Below the pieces are notes generated by a model. That model did not search any database, was not told where the DNA came from, and was given only the letters and a program-made list of their open reading frames with translations. DNA of 62,305 nucleotides, filler included, from Catajapyx aquilonaris (taxonomy: Eukaryota): the NCBI GenBank assembly GCA_000934665.2. It is 2 parts of 2 records of this genome, joined end to end, with 100 filler letters (N's around TTAATTAATTAA, not from the genome) between each part and the next. Parts side by side here need not be neighbours in the genome. Positions count along the whole stretch, not along the records: positions 1 to 31,028 come from JYFJ02004594.1; 1 more part is not named here. The stretch is one strand, 5' to 3'. This document shows, one piece after another, positions 14,593-28,087 of the stretch. How positions within the stretch are numbered: position 1 is the stretch's first letter; every line of letters begins with the position of its first letter. The translations under genes and the position numbers were made by a program.

Positions 14593-16359
14593 TTATAAAT
14601 TTATAATGTCATATTTTAATAGTGTGCACGTATATTATGATGAGATGTGGTAGCCGTGAGAATCCTGAACAAAAATGCCCAGTTTTGTGCATATAGCTCT
14701 TGAATATTTTTTTAAATGTTGCGGATGGAGCCTGTTATTATAGGGTTGCCAAATTCCTGAACGGTTTTTTTCATGCTGAACGGATGCATATGCGGTTTCA
14801 TCGGTATAAACACTTTCGTCCCACTCAATTAAAGAGAGGAGAATTTCTACTCTCTTCAAAAAAGGAAAATGTGTGGAAATTTTGGCTAATTTCACTTATC
14901 ATAGTTGCGATTACAGTGTGGAACCGTGCATTATTCAAGTCTTCTTGATGTAGAGTAAAACTGGTAATACAATGCAGAATTAATAGCATAATATGCTGCA
15001 TATACCCACCCTCGCTTTAACCAAAAAAAGCTGTACTTTTTTTTCTCTCTAGAGCCTATGCTGCACCTCTGCACTGCACATAATCTTCTGAGTGCAATTT
15101 AAATATACCAACAACCGCTGCTTCTACGTACTCTAAAACAGGTAAGTTATAGTTTTAAAGGTGCGATCATAATACTATATATGGTTGCAGCTTCTGTTCA
15201 TGCAAACTGCTCCGGTCTGGTGGACCGATTCATCATTTGTGACAATTCATACATCTGTTACTTTTTCACGGAAGGTCTTCAGCACAGTGATAACTGATAA
15301 GAAGGTCGCAGTCTGTCACGTTGTCATATCAGCTACTGCCAATGATACGTAAACCTCATAATATTACCTTTAGGCACATACTGTAGGCCTATGTGAGGTA
15401 AGGGTGAATATGGGAATAGTTTGAATTTCAATCATGATTGCAATTAGGACTCTCCTTCAAAGACGCGAGAAATTCGCTTTTTGACAAGGGTGTTCCAGGC
15501 TCTAGGGCTTGTGGTACATTCAGTTCATACCTGTGGAAGATGAGAAACATCAAAGATCAATAGCGCACATCCCTGATGTAGCTGGTTTTCACCCACCAAC
15601 CAACCCATCACCAGATTTGTTTGTTCGCAAACATGTAAAGAAGATGCATAGATAGCCATCCAGAGAGTAGTTATAATATCGCCGTTCACAGTTTTAATCT
15701 TGTTTAAGGGAGGATAAGCGCGATAATGGATTGATGTATCTGCATGTGGGCAAGAGTTGGGATGTGGAGTGCAAAGTTGGTATGATCACTAGCGTTTTGC
15801 ATATAGGTTTTCAATAATTCAGCATTACATGGAGGGCGCGGTATATGACAGTGCAAAGTGCATTTTAGAAGTGATGGGTTAGGAACGTAATTCAAATAAG
15901 TGTAAAAGTCACGCACTTTACATTTTGCCAACAGGGATGCTGCCAGAGCAACTCTTTCTACATAGTTAACTTCAATCAGGGTCATTAAAAGCGCCAAGGT
16001 ACTTCCTTCTATATGTCAGCATTATGGTGAATAAAATTCATACTCTTTGATAAATTATCCACGGATGTCCCCGCTGGGCTTAATGAACTCATTTTAAGGC
16101 GTTACACAGCCGTTACAAATGGCATTAGGGAGTGTAGAAACGGATTTAATATTAATTGCAGCGTTGACTGATTTGGTTACATGCATCCAGATTCATCACA
16201 TATAAAAGAAAACTGGCTTACTTTCCCAAGTCCACTCTGTTCTCTCACACTTTTAGAAAGTGCGGCTTCTTGAACATACGCTCTAAAGTTAAGTTTAAAC
16301 TAGTTGACAACGTTTTTCCTGCTGCGCATTTGGCATTAGACAGAGGCGGTAATCCTGAG

Positions 16360-16470
16360 CATGTAGTTCCCTGCGGGACATGGCGCAGAGAGACAGTAAC
16401 GAGCTAATAACACAAGCCACTATTTGACGTGGCTAAATGCTACGAAAGCATTACGACGGCAAGAGTAAGT
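16360..16470 (+). promoter_or_regulatory. Possible promoter/first exon
   Basis: CATGTAGTTCC (reverse ACTACA-type element), ACATGGCG (YY1-like) and a consensus donor GTAAGT at 16465. Motif evidence only. Confidence 0.2.
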
Positions 16471-19400
16471 TTGCGAAAACAAGTTGGAACTTGTTGAAGG
16501 TATAGTCTTATTTTATTGCGAATGTGGAAAGTAGGACTGTGGTTTGGAGTAAAATGTTTGCTAATTTTTTAAATGTAGTAGATGAACTCAGAAATGTGGC
16601 GTGAAGAAATTATTACTGCGCAATATTTCATTTTAACCAAAATAGGTAATGCGTTATTTTTTCTGCAAAGTAAGCTTAAAGTATTTCGGATCTACAGCTT
16701 TGATCATGAACAGTGCACTGTAGATGTAAAAGCGACCGGCCTGCCGAGGTTGAGCCCAAATTCTGGCCTGCTGGACTCCATAACCCCCAAAATTAATTAA
16801 GGCAAGAAAACCAAACCACAGAATAAGGCTATAAAAATATGAAATGAAAACACTGCATGTTAACTGTTAGTGGACAGTAACCCTACAAGCGACTGATAAG
16901 TTATCGACAAATCAAAATCAAAGGTTTGGAAACCACTGAAGTAGTCACGAACAAGACAATTTTATAGATTTTGTTGAATGACTCACACCACATGATATCA
17001 TGGACGTAAGGATCTATTTTGGTAGAACAGTATCTGTTCATCGGTACTTCTGACTGACTTGTGAGTGTTGCTATAACAACAACAAAAGAACTATCAGAAA
17101 AAAATAGGATCAGCACTACAGCTAGCTGTCAAACGCGTCTTTTCATGGCCCAGCGCTTGATTAGTTGACCTCGCCTGACTCAGACATGTCGACCTCTATG
17201 CTCTATCTCTCCTACACCACCCGCTGCACAACAATATACTTTATCGAACGGTCCGCAAGTCGTTTATCAAACTCTTGAGATACATGGAGCGTCATTTGAC
17301 TCCCCCACCGCTTGTACGCTTGAGCAATGAGAACCGATGTTTTCGACCATTTATTATCCTTATTTATTATTAAATGTTATACCGGTACCTTTTGTGTTAA
17401 CAACCCCTACCAGCGATTAGTGCGGACTAGTCTTACTTTCGGAAAAAATAGTGCTAGTATTTCGAATAGCACATTCTATTTAGGAAAAAAAGGTCATTCT
17501 GTGTTGGTTGCTGCATTATTCTATTTTATTTGTTCAGAAAGTAGGTAAGTCAATACGAAAAACGCTGGTGGCGCTTCAATATTACCTAGAAATGTCTGAG
17601 TAAATATCTGCAATGATCAGTTTGTATTTCTCAGAAAGACGTGTCTTAAATTAGCGGGAGTGCAGTAGGCTACAGTAACATACCGTTTCAAATGTTCCCT
17701 TAGAAAAATGATAACTTACACGAAATGCACTAAAGTTACTGTACGTGGCGGCTTCAATTCAATTTTCGAAAGTTGGTGAAATCAAGATTGTTGCCATTTC
17801 CACATTGCAAAACTCTGTCATTTCAGTAAAGCTTCCACTGGATACACTTCTCTCCGCACAGAATATGGCGAACGTAACGAGAACGAAAACTAACAAAAGA
17901 AATGCCCACATAATGTTAAAATATTCTCCTTGTTAGTGTGGACTGACGACTTGGCACAAGAGCCATGTCGTCGTAAAGGAGACTCGCTTGTCAGATGCTC
18001 CCTAACTCGGAACATGACTGTTATTTCCACCATATAGAACATACGTAACAAGTATAAACGAGCTTGGTCGTTTCTGGAAGAAAATACGTTCCTGTTTTTT
18101 TCCTATGGCACCGGGGTATAACTATAGTCTTTCAGCTATGACAGGGAATAAATCGACGCATAAAAGTTTTCAATTTCCACAGCCATTCCAATTATACTAA
18201 CAAGGGGCTAGAGGTCGTGATAATATTGGATCATCACTGCCAGCAGTTACGTTAAAAAGATTTACGTAATATTTATGTTGCATGTTCATGTACCGCAACG
18301 TAATAGCGTTTTAAACCGCTACTTAATATGCAGTTATGATATACCTAAACCGCGTAGTTGTTGAGAGACTGCGTATAGGCAAATGCACGATGTATCCAAT
18401 ATCGGGGCTTGAAGCGATCGACAGGGGGCATAGATAAAGAAACGGAAGGGTAATGAAGCGAAGAGTGTCAGACCTCTGGTGTGGTTATACCATATTCGAC
18501 GTAGTTCGCCGAGCACAATGCGAGTTTCTAGGAATAGCCGCAATTGATTTGAGAACTTTCCCGAAGCGTTCATTTATGGAACTGAATTATATATAGCTGT
18601 GTACACACAGATATAGTTTGCATAGCAGCGTGCAATAAACTATCAGCGGTTTACTCGACTTTATCCAAGCTCGTTAAATGTAACACGACCATATAAGGTA
18701 CGGTATAATACTTTGCCAGTGCTGTGTAAACTACTAGTTTTCATAACGCCCTTTCAAAATGTGTATAGCTTCATGAAAATGTGATCTTGTGGATTCTAAT
18801 TAGGCAGAACAAATAACCCACATATACAATAATGTTAAGTCCTCTTTAACAGATCAGATCGTGTCGAGTGCAGTTTGGTCAGTTCCACTTAATGCTCGGT
18901 TCAGCCTGGCATATAATTTCCTGTGACACTAGCCTGGATAATGTCATACCAAATCGCTGTATAGTACTTGGTGTCCTATTGCAAGGTTCTCATTAGTGAA
19001 AAGAAAAGACAGGTTAATCGGATTTTTCGAGAGGATCAAAATGGTCAGACCTATCCTTTATTCCTCACTAATGAAATCCCTGCACAGCAAGCTGTTGGGA
19101 CGACCTTCACCAGTAAGAGAGCCTTGTATATACTATCGTCTATCAGTAATTAGCAAATTATCTAGATGTTACTACAAAAACTATGATGATAATAAAATCG
19201 TGCGCGATTTAGATTTTTTCTTGTAAGTCCGCTGTAAAACAATGATGGAGTTGTACCTGTGGTACATTCTAGTCAAATAAGTCATCTTGACACGAAGCAT
19301 GATAAATGATATAAAAACGAAGGCACGTACCATATAATGGTGTCTGTACAGGCTTCACCTGAGTTATTGATTTTCCAGACGCCCACTTTTGCCTTCTCTA

Positions 19401-21556
19401 AAAGGAACAGATACCTGACTTCTATACTTACGATCAACATGTGAGTTCAAGAACGTCATGAGAAACTACGCTAATTAAAATAAGAAGCAGATGTAACGCT
19501 TCTGGTGTGTTCAGTTTAACAGGTGGTAACATGCTAATCGACCGAACAGATGCTATAAAATGAACTCGGTGCAACTATGATGTAGAGTGTGCTACATCCC
19601 ATTAGATAACAATTTATTTAATTTAGGTTGGTGTACAAGTTGAAAACAGTTTTACAAATCTAGTGCTACATGTGGCAAAAATCATGCATGGTATTGTGAT
19701 GTAGGCGAAGGATTGTAATGGACAAATAACAGACTTTGAACACGATGTGATAAAAAATGGGCTAACAGGTCCTTTGAAGGTGAGTGTCTATTCAAGTGCA
19801 GTGACAAACGCCGATGTCTTTATAGAGTTGACAATGCAGGGAGGGCCGATAAGAACGTGCTTGTACAACAAGCTCCAGTGTAGAGGGTTGCCATGCGATC
19901 ATTTATTTAGTGCCATGCTTATAAATTTTCCTATGACGTGAGCAGGAATGTTGTAGGATTATTCACGCTTTTTGTCGCACAAGGCGGACTATTGGCTACA
20001 TTGTACTACCTTTAGAGTACTTGGGAACATATGGAGGGATTGCAATGACTGGATATGACATCTCATAAGTAGCCAAACACAGGGTGTAATATTCTTGAAT
20101 CCAAGGGCCTTCAGACACGCACTGCTACCATGGCTGTCTTTCCCACTTCCTACTTGCAAGTCTTAAGAAGTCTTAAGAAGATATGTAAATAACTCATCAC
20201 TGCCAGTGGAGCAACTCTCATTTTCTTTCATCACAGTGAAACAAGGCAGCAAAGGTCAGTACAGCAATCTAGATGCTAATTTCACCGTCAAATTTTGTGT
20301 ATGCCCTAGGGAATGTAGGTGAGAGTCACACGAACAGGCTGTGGTGCTCGGCACGAGACCTGTGAATTTATCAAAAGGTTCTTGCATGACAATGCACTCT
20401 TGGTTGTCAGCCGCGAATCGGATCGTACATTTCCCACCCATATACCCCCACCACCACATCTACTCACTCTGTGCGTGACGGTAAATCAATCGAATCGATT
20501 GATTTCTCGGACTTTGGGATCGAGTGTCAGCACAGATTCCAAAGGGGTTGATGATCAATCAGCCACTCGTCGGTATATTAGAGATAAGTGCAATTTGTGG
20601 GTTGATCCTGTTATTGATTCCCTAGGCTCTTCAGGTGGATTCTAGATTAGCTGGGGGATCAGGGTCTTCCCATTCATTGAAGGGGTTTTAGTAGGAGGTC
20701 AAAAGATGCTTGTCAAAAGTCTGATAACACAATTTGAAAGGGTGGACCGAATAATGCTGGCGATATCTATAGTTATGTATCATAATTTTTTATGACTAAT
20801 AACTTTATTTTACCTGTTGTATCAATAGGTGACACAAACGTTAGTTAACATTGGTGTCACACATTTGTTGGCAGGGCATGCGTGGCACTTCTCCACATCT
20901 CTGTAGTCGGGTATCCCTAGCTTCGTACAGTACCAGATGTGGCGATTTCCAGGCACATTAATGCCACACCTTGTCACCAAGTAGAGTCTGAAGTACTGGC
21001 ATATGCAAGGATGAGTTTCCTATTATTCATGCGTCACCACTCGGAAAATACCTATTTCCTTATTCAAAAAGTATTATTTAGCTTAAATTCCCATTTCTTG
21101 ATGCAAATTAGACCGCGACTGGGGAATAGCTCGAATAAATGTGTCGATTGGATTTTCTTGGCGAAACGCGAAATGAGAAGAGTTCTCCTTCCCCTTTGGT
21201 AGTGGTCGTAAATTTCATGAGTGCTCAGTCATGCTCAGTAGTTAGCGAAAGATGTAACTAACAGTGACAGCAGAGAGCTTACGTATATTGACTGCGGCAC
21301 ACAAACACCGCAGGCCAGAATCTTGATTATTTGATGAGATGAAGAGCTCATGTCCTCGCCATCACGACTGCAATCACATAAATTCTAAAATGACGAATAG
21401 ACGAGGCAAGAGATGCATGACACTGAACATGTATACTACTTTCAATTTAATGATTTAGCAAGTCCAATGATGTTGTGCTCAGAGTCCTTGCTTATACGAA
21501 CCTGGAGAGTTTTTACAGACAGCTTTGTCTGTAGGTCCCGAAAAATGTCGCCTATA

Positions 21557-22118
21557 CAGGGTGTTTATTGTAACTCTGCAAAGACTTGCAGGGGTAATAG
21601 AGGGGACCAAGACAAGTATTTTTGACATAGGAACCCGTGTCCGGAAACGCCATCTAGAGGGGGTTCATAGACAAGGAACGGGTGCGCTCAGACGCGTCAC
21701 GCGAGAGGCGCTAGGCGAGCGGACTGTTTTGTTGATAGATGGCGCGCAGTTGTTGCCAGGTTATGGCGTATCGCGTCGTTGTTTGCTTACAACAACGCGA
21801 TACGCCATAACCGGGCAACAACAGAACCGCTGTTGACTATCCGCGCGTCTCCTAGGAGGCGGACTTTAGTTGCTAGATGGCTCTGCTGTTTCCAGGTTAT
21901 GGCACATCTCATCGTTGGTTACTATCCGAGCGCCATCTATCAACAAAACAGTCCGCTCGCCTAGGGCCACTCGCCTGGATCGTCTGAGCGCACCCGTTCC
22001 TTGTCTATGAACCCCCTCTAGATGGCGTTTCCGGACACGGGTTCCTATGTCAAAAATACTTGTCTTGGTCCCCTCTATTACCCCTGAAAGTCTTTGCAGA
22101 GTTACAATAAACACCCTG
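21557..22118 (+). mobile_element. Tc1/mariner-type MITE, copy 1 (562 bp)
   Basis: TA TSD, CAGGGTGTTTATTGTAACTCTG termini, TIRs of ~185 bp and an internal secondary hairpin. Confidence 0.9.
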
Positions 22119-23457
22119 TATAGGACGTTATTGTGCCACAATGACAGACATACTTCCATTAAGCTAGAAGCTGCATCATACATTTCCAAGCAGGATGTCC
22201 ATTTCGGAATAAATTTTGAATAGCAGTATATCATGAAAGAAATATGACGCGTGGGTTATATGCACTCAATGCAAGCTGTTTATTCACTGAGGGAGAAAGT
22301 GACGAGTATCGAGACTTTAAAAAAAAAAAATGACCTGCGACATTTTCGATCAAGCCGCATGCAAGTGAAGAAATAAATATAGTTATTATCATGTACGTGG
22401 AGATGTGACATATCGTACATCCGTCCATTTTTACTTAGGGAGAAGCGAGAACACCACTGTGGAAGATGGGGTTGATACCAACGTGACCGATCGTAACATG
22501 GGGGATAGAGGGGGGTTCGGCCGAGCGTGACGTCATGCTAAACCTAAAGTCGTAATAAAACTCAGGGGTCATAAAACTGCGGGTCGGGGTGTTGTGGTTT
22601 ATGGATGACTCCTCGCAAGAAATGTAAAATTGGGCCCAAATACCCCTTCTTGCAAAATCTATCGCGGAATCGTAACTTCGTCACAGAAATATCGAATCCC
22701 TGCTAAGGAGAGACTGCATGAAGCGTGATATTTTGCATAATGAGGCAATTGAAATTGGGGGCTAAATTGAGTTTTCCAAGGATGAAGAATCAAGTAGCCT
22801 ACCATCCAAGTTTCACAGGTGTGACATCACTATACGTCCATACGAGCTGAAACAGTATTGATCAACAAATTGGTTGCCTTGCTGTCATTATCGCGTGTTT
22901 TAAATAAGGTACAGTAGCCTACATATAAATATCCTCTGGGAATAACCATATGCAGTTTTGCTTTATTGCCAAAAAGCTTGCTTCACTTATGCCCAGTACC
23001 GTATTAGGGTTTTATAGCAACACTTCAGTGCGGGGGAATTCAAAGGATATTTACTGCCACTTGGTGAATTCATCGCACAGAACAGATAAAACTCATAGAA
23101 CATTCAACACATCTTGGCTTTCCGAGTTCCCACACGTGCTGCACTGCGCAGTTAGGGTAGCCTGTACAGTTGTTTTGTACTGTACAGTGTAAGATAAGGA
23201 GCTTTTGGAATGACTATGTTGAATTAATCTCCTGGCAGATTCCAATGATGCTCATTCAACGGCTTCAATATATACGATTTAATTAAGGTTCTGTAATTGT
23301 AGGCGTACCCATCTCGGCCTTTGAAATGCGACGTGCATGGATGGTTGAAGGGAAAACCTTATGGACACCGTAACGCAATCAGTTTGCTTCTACAGTATAC
23401 AGTAGCCTGTAGGCTATACTCAAGCGAGGGTAATCTATATAGGACTGATATCAAATA

Positions 23458-24023
23458 CAGGGTGTTTATTGTAACTCTGCAAAGACTTTCAGGGGTAATA
23501 GATGGGCCTAAGACAAGTATTTTTGACATAGGAACCTGTGTCCGGAAACGCCATCTAGAGGGGGTTCATGGGAGAGGAACGGGTGCGCTCAGACGCTTCA
23601 TGCGGGAGGCGCTAGGCGAGCGGACTGTTTTGTTGATAGATGGCGCACGGATAGTAAACACCGATGCGATGTGCCATAACCTGGCAACAGCAGACTCATC
23701 TAGCAACTAAAGTAGTCCTCCTAGGAGATGCGCGGATAGCTAGTCAACAGCGGATTTGTTGTTGCCAGGTTATGGCGTATCGCTTTGTTGTTTACATACA
23801 AGGACGCGATAAGCCATAACCTGGCAACAACTGCGCGCCATCTATCAACAAAACAGACCGCTCGCCTAGCGCCTCTCGCGTGACGCGTCTGAGCGCACCC
23901 GTTCCTTGTCTATGAACCCCCTCTAGATGGCGTTTCCTAACACGGGTTCCTATGTCAAAAATACTTGTCTTGATCTGCTCTATTACCCCTGAAAGTCTTG
24001 GCAGAGTTACAATAAACACCCTG
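23458..24023 (-). mobile_element. Tc1/mariner-type MITE, copy 2 (566 bp), inverted relative to copy 1
   Basis: Same TIRs and TA TSD as copy 1. The asymmetric core is the reverse complement of copy 1's core. Confidence 0.9.
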
Positions 24024-24507
24024 TATATACTAAATTATGAACACATGACAATGCAGACTACGTATCTAAATGTAAAAGTCATGTGAGTGATGACGAGAAG
24101 AGCGTAAACGACAATCATTTTTATTACACATCCATGTTGTTGTTGTTGTTGGGGTCATCATCATCATCATGCATTGTTTCGAATACAATGTTTACTTTAA
24201 AATGAAAACCAAGATCAACAACTAATTGTTCTGAATTAACTATTTATCACTGAACCCATCCTAAGGATTTAATTGATTTTCAGTATTCAATATATTAAAA
24301 TTAATATTCCATTTAGCATAGTAATCGGTGTCATTCTGCGCGTGAGGTGGGCCACGTTTGGATATGGAATAACAGGCAGGACAACCCCTATTATTCACTT
24401 TATGACGAAACGAAACTTCACATGATGCTCCGTAATCTACCGAAATGGCCTAAATCAACTGTGGCATGGTTATAGAAGACTCAGGTTAGGTCACTCCCCA
24501 CCCACCC

Positions 24508-24796
24508 CCTGCCGAGGGGTTTTGCAGCGGGTGCTCACCTGAGACCGCCATGAGACATTTCCCAGAGCAATTATGTGGCGACCCTACCGGACTAGGCTGA
24601 ACTTTATAGGTACGAAAGGGGAAGCTACATGGGTGGACCCAACATGGGCGCCGGCGGCCATTTTGGGCCCGCATGTAGCGCTTCTCTTTTGTACCTATAA
24701 AGTTCAGCCTACTCCGGTAGGGTCGCCACATAATTGCTCTGGGAAATGTCTCATGGCGGTCTCAGGTGAGCACCCGCTGCAAAACCCCTCGGCAGG
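24508..24796. repeat. Near-perfect 289-bp palindrome (fold-back element)
   Basis: The arms CCTGCCGAGGGGTTTTGCAGCGGG...TTTATAGGTAC pair almost perfectly for >100 bp, and imperfect pairing continues to the centre. No obvious TSD. Confidence 0.85.
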
Positions 24797-26825
24797 TGAT
24801 AAGCCCAGAATGTAGGGGTAGTGTCCGTGGGCTGAACTGTGCTATCATAATTTCACCTTGGGATATCGAAAGGAAGCTTGAGTCCGACAGGAAGTGCGCC
24901 AATTTTGTCCCACCCTGTATTTTAAAAATATAATTTGAAGACGCAACGCCTACATGCAATGCTGCATAGGACTGAACTGTCCGCATTTCTCAATATAGTG
25001 TTAGAGTGCTTTACCGCCAAGTTGCGTTCTCCACTGATCATTCCAGAAGAGTGACTTGCGTTCAGCTTTGATGTCGCACACTTCCTGACGACAGATGTCC
25101 TTCCTCCCATAGAGATAGACGGTTCCTTTTAGTTTGCCACGCTAAGCGCAAATGCTGACACTATTCACCGTGGGTGCCCTTTTTAGATATAAAAGGTGGT
25201 TATTTGCGGTGAAAGACGTTCGTCAACCCGGAAACAAAACCTTTTTCATTGCCAGTCGCCCTTTTGAAATGCGATTTTTATATGTGCTGCATGCAATATT
25301 CTTTTGTGAGTATTATATACGACATCTTTATCGAATTCATATAATTCAAGAACACCTGGAACGTTCATATGACTTTGGTAGCATCATTAATTTTAAAAAC
25401 GCATTTCTTTGCCTCTCAAACCTTGTGAAGGTTCATAGTATGTGGGAAAACCAGACAGTGTCCACAGCAGTCGTGCTGTGGTGAATGGGTGGAGGGGGAA
25501 GAATACAGGTCGGGTTTCTCTGAGGAATGGGTCGAAGGGTCAGAGGACATTGGAGAAAAGGATTGTGCTAGTCCTGGAAGTGTGCTTAAGTAAAGGTCTT
25601 ATGGTTCTGATTGTATGAAATTCTACGGAGCCGATAGGGCACTTTTTGAAGGTATTCCATAACACTGCTGTAGACGCAAAGTGGTAGGCTATGCAGTATT
25701 ATTATTAGAGCCATGGCCCTGCCGTAATTCTCTGGTTAAGGTCGTAAACGGCTTGTCTTTTGTTTACAAAGAAGGGTTTTATGTGAGCGAGCAACCATTT
25801 CATGACATTAATTACCAGTAGTGGATCACGCCCAAGAGAGGTCGATCTTATGAAAGGCTAAGTTCGAACCAAACTTCATTATCGTGGACCTTCGAAAATA
25901 TTATACAGGAAAGGAGAAATATGTAGGCTTTGATGTACGAGTATAGAAAAGGATTATATTTTCTATGTAGAGTACAATCAGATAATTACGTATGGTGATC
26001 AACATTCATGCAGTCATTTCTCATTTTGCGCATACAGATTGTTGTTTTTACACCATATATTGTCACGTGCTGTTCCCCAGGAGGTCAGGTTGTTGGAGAG
26101 TCAGACACTTCCAAGGCGCGGGTCAGAGACCCTCCTGACGCAGGCGAAAGGGAACTCCCAAGCGGGACCTTTCGCTCAGCAAGCCGAGACGTTACCATCT
26201 CCGCCACCACACCTTCCCCAATGATTTAAGAGTATATTCACTACACATACTGTAGCATAACACAATATTTGATACGCTTTTAACTTATAGCTAACATACA
26301 TATCAGGAGGAAAATTGTGCAGTTGTATAGGCCTATATGCAATTCATTTTTCTAATATAACATTTTTCCTTTCTTTCTGCGTTCATGTTGCTGTGGAAAG
26401 TAATGACTTAATGAGAATTTTGCGAGATGTAGGGATAAAGTATGTCGGTCAGTCCTGGGCCGCAGCTGGATTACTCACATAGGCCACTTGTCAGCGTCAC
26501 TATTGCTATCAGGAAACCAGTGATAGTGATATATTATTCTTGCTAAAGTGAAAAATTAAGTGGCCTGTCCTATAGTCAATTTGTCCAGACCGGCTCATTT
26601 TTTGCCCACTAGTTCTGTAATATATTATTTGATGTCTCGTGGCACTATGCAGTGTTCCAACTTGTCCTTAGTGATTAACGTTTTCGGCCACAATTTTTAA
26701 GGAGTTACATTTTAGTTACAAGCAGTTACATTTACTTTTGGGAGTCGCAAAAATATTTCCTGATAGATATTGGAAAGCATTTTGGCAATTCTGTGAAGAG
26801 TTTACTGTAGAGGTATAATAATAGA

Positions 26826-26828
<3 letters not shown>

Positions 26829-26888
<60 letters not shown>

Positions 26889-27147
26889 GATACCCCGTGA
26901 TAGGCCCCTTGGGCCTCTTAGGGGATCGTCTTTTTGAATAACCGACTTTAATCATCCGTTTCCCTGTAATGTGATGGATTTTGATAGCGGGAGGAAACGG
27001 AAGAACCCCGAGAAAACCCATGCGAACACGGAGAGAACCCATCGAAACTCTATCCACATAAGTATCCTCCGTCCGACCCGGGGATCGAACTCGGGACCTT
27101 AGAGGTGGAAGGCTGCGGCGCTAACCACTCCGCCACCGTGTCGCCCC
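26829..27147 (-). mobile_element. tRNA-derived SINE family A (V-domain-like core), copy 1
   Basis: Pol III A box (TGGCGGAGTGG) and B box (GTTCGATCC). Core TTCTCTCCGTGTTCGCATGGGTTTTCTCGGGGTTCTTCCGTTTCCTCCC resembles the V-SINE domain. (ATT)n tail and 14-bp TSD ATAATAATAGAGTA (26815-28, 27148-61). Confidence 0.9.
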
Positions 27148-27814
27148 ATAATAATAGAGTATAGGGCTATATCACGCCATTTCCTTACAAGTGGGAGTCG
27201 TCAGTGACGATGAAGGAGACGCAAGTTAACCACAATTATGTGCTAAATAAATGGTACACATTCAATACTATAAGGCATACAGGGTGCGTTATAAGAAAGC
27301 TACGACAACCCAGAACAATTCTAAGCATAACATATTGCAAGATATTCCTATAAGTACTCTATCGCTCACATGGCCTTGTTGGGACTGTAGGCGACATGAC
27401 CCATATCTTGAATGTCCTTATTTAAAAATGAACAACCTGTCACTAACATAAACTGTTAATCACTCATCCAACTCCCCCAGAATAACAAATCAATTATTAA
27501 TTACCTAAAGAGACATATTTGGAGAGCCTTGTGCCCTTGGTCATTATTCGTCCATATAGAAACAACTACTCTTACACTTACCAACATGATGATGAATCCT
27601 TCAAGAGGAAAACCCAATTTCATCATTAATACATAAGTTTACTAATATATCTCCAGATATGTGCATGTAATGAGAAACTGGTAACGATTGATTGGTGAAA
27701 CGCCCCAGAGCATGACATCACCAATCCACCAATAGCAATGGAGTATATTGGTTTGTGGCGTAGTTTTAATATCAATGACCCCAGTGACACAAAAGTGTTT
27801 ACGACGTCACTCAC

Positions 27815-28087
27815 CGTGAAATTGACGCACGCGCAGAATGCAGTTGCGCACATCGGAGGGAAAACAGGTTGAATACATTTGGAAAGCCCTCTTTGAAAGA
27901 GTCATCGCTTCTCTGGTCAAAGTTCATGCGAAGATCAGAGGGGTTCCTACAGGCCGAAAATTGAGAATTGTAAAGCCGATTAGTGGAGAGACGGACCGAT
28001 TGGCGGCCCTTGCTTTTGAAGTGGGTTCGCCAGGTGTCCACAGTATAATTATCTTGAGCTTGACGCTTTATTCTCATGGGAAATTCC
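27815..28087 (-). CDS. Candidate isolated coding exon, unknown product
   Basis: 273-nt stop-free stretch between a pyrimidine tract/AAG acceptor and a CG|GTGAGT donor, phase 2-2. It encodes EFPMRIKRQAQDNYTVDTWRTHF... No recognisable domain. Confidence 0.25.

Noticed and set aside
21525..24019. Four similar ORFs 'YRVFIVTLQRL..EGTKTSIFDIGTRVRKRH' as a gene family
   Set aside because: These are translations of the four MITE TIR arms, with no transposase motifs.
24486..24815. Mirror ORFs MWRPYR... on both strands
   Set aside because: A by-product of the palindrome.
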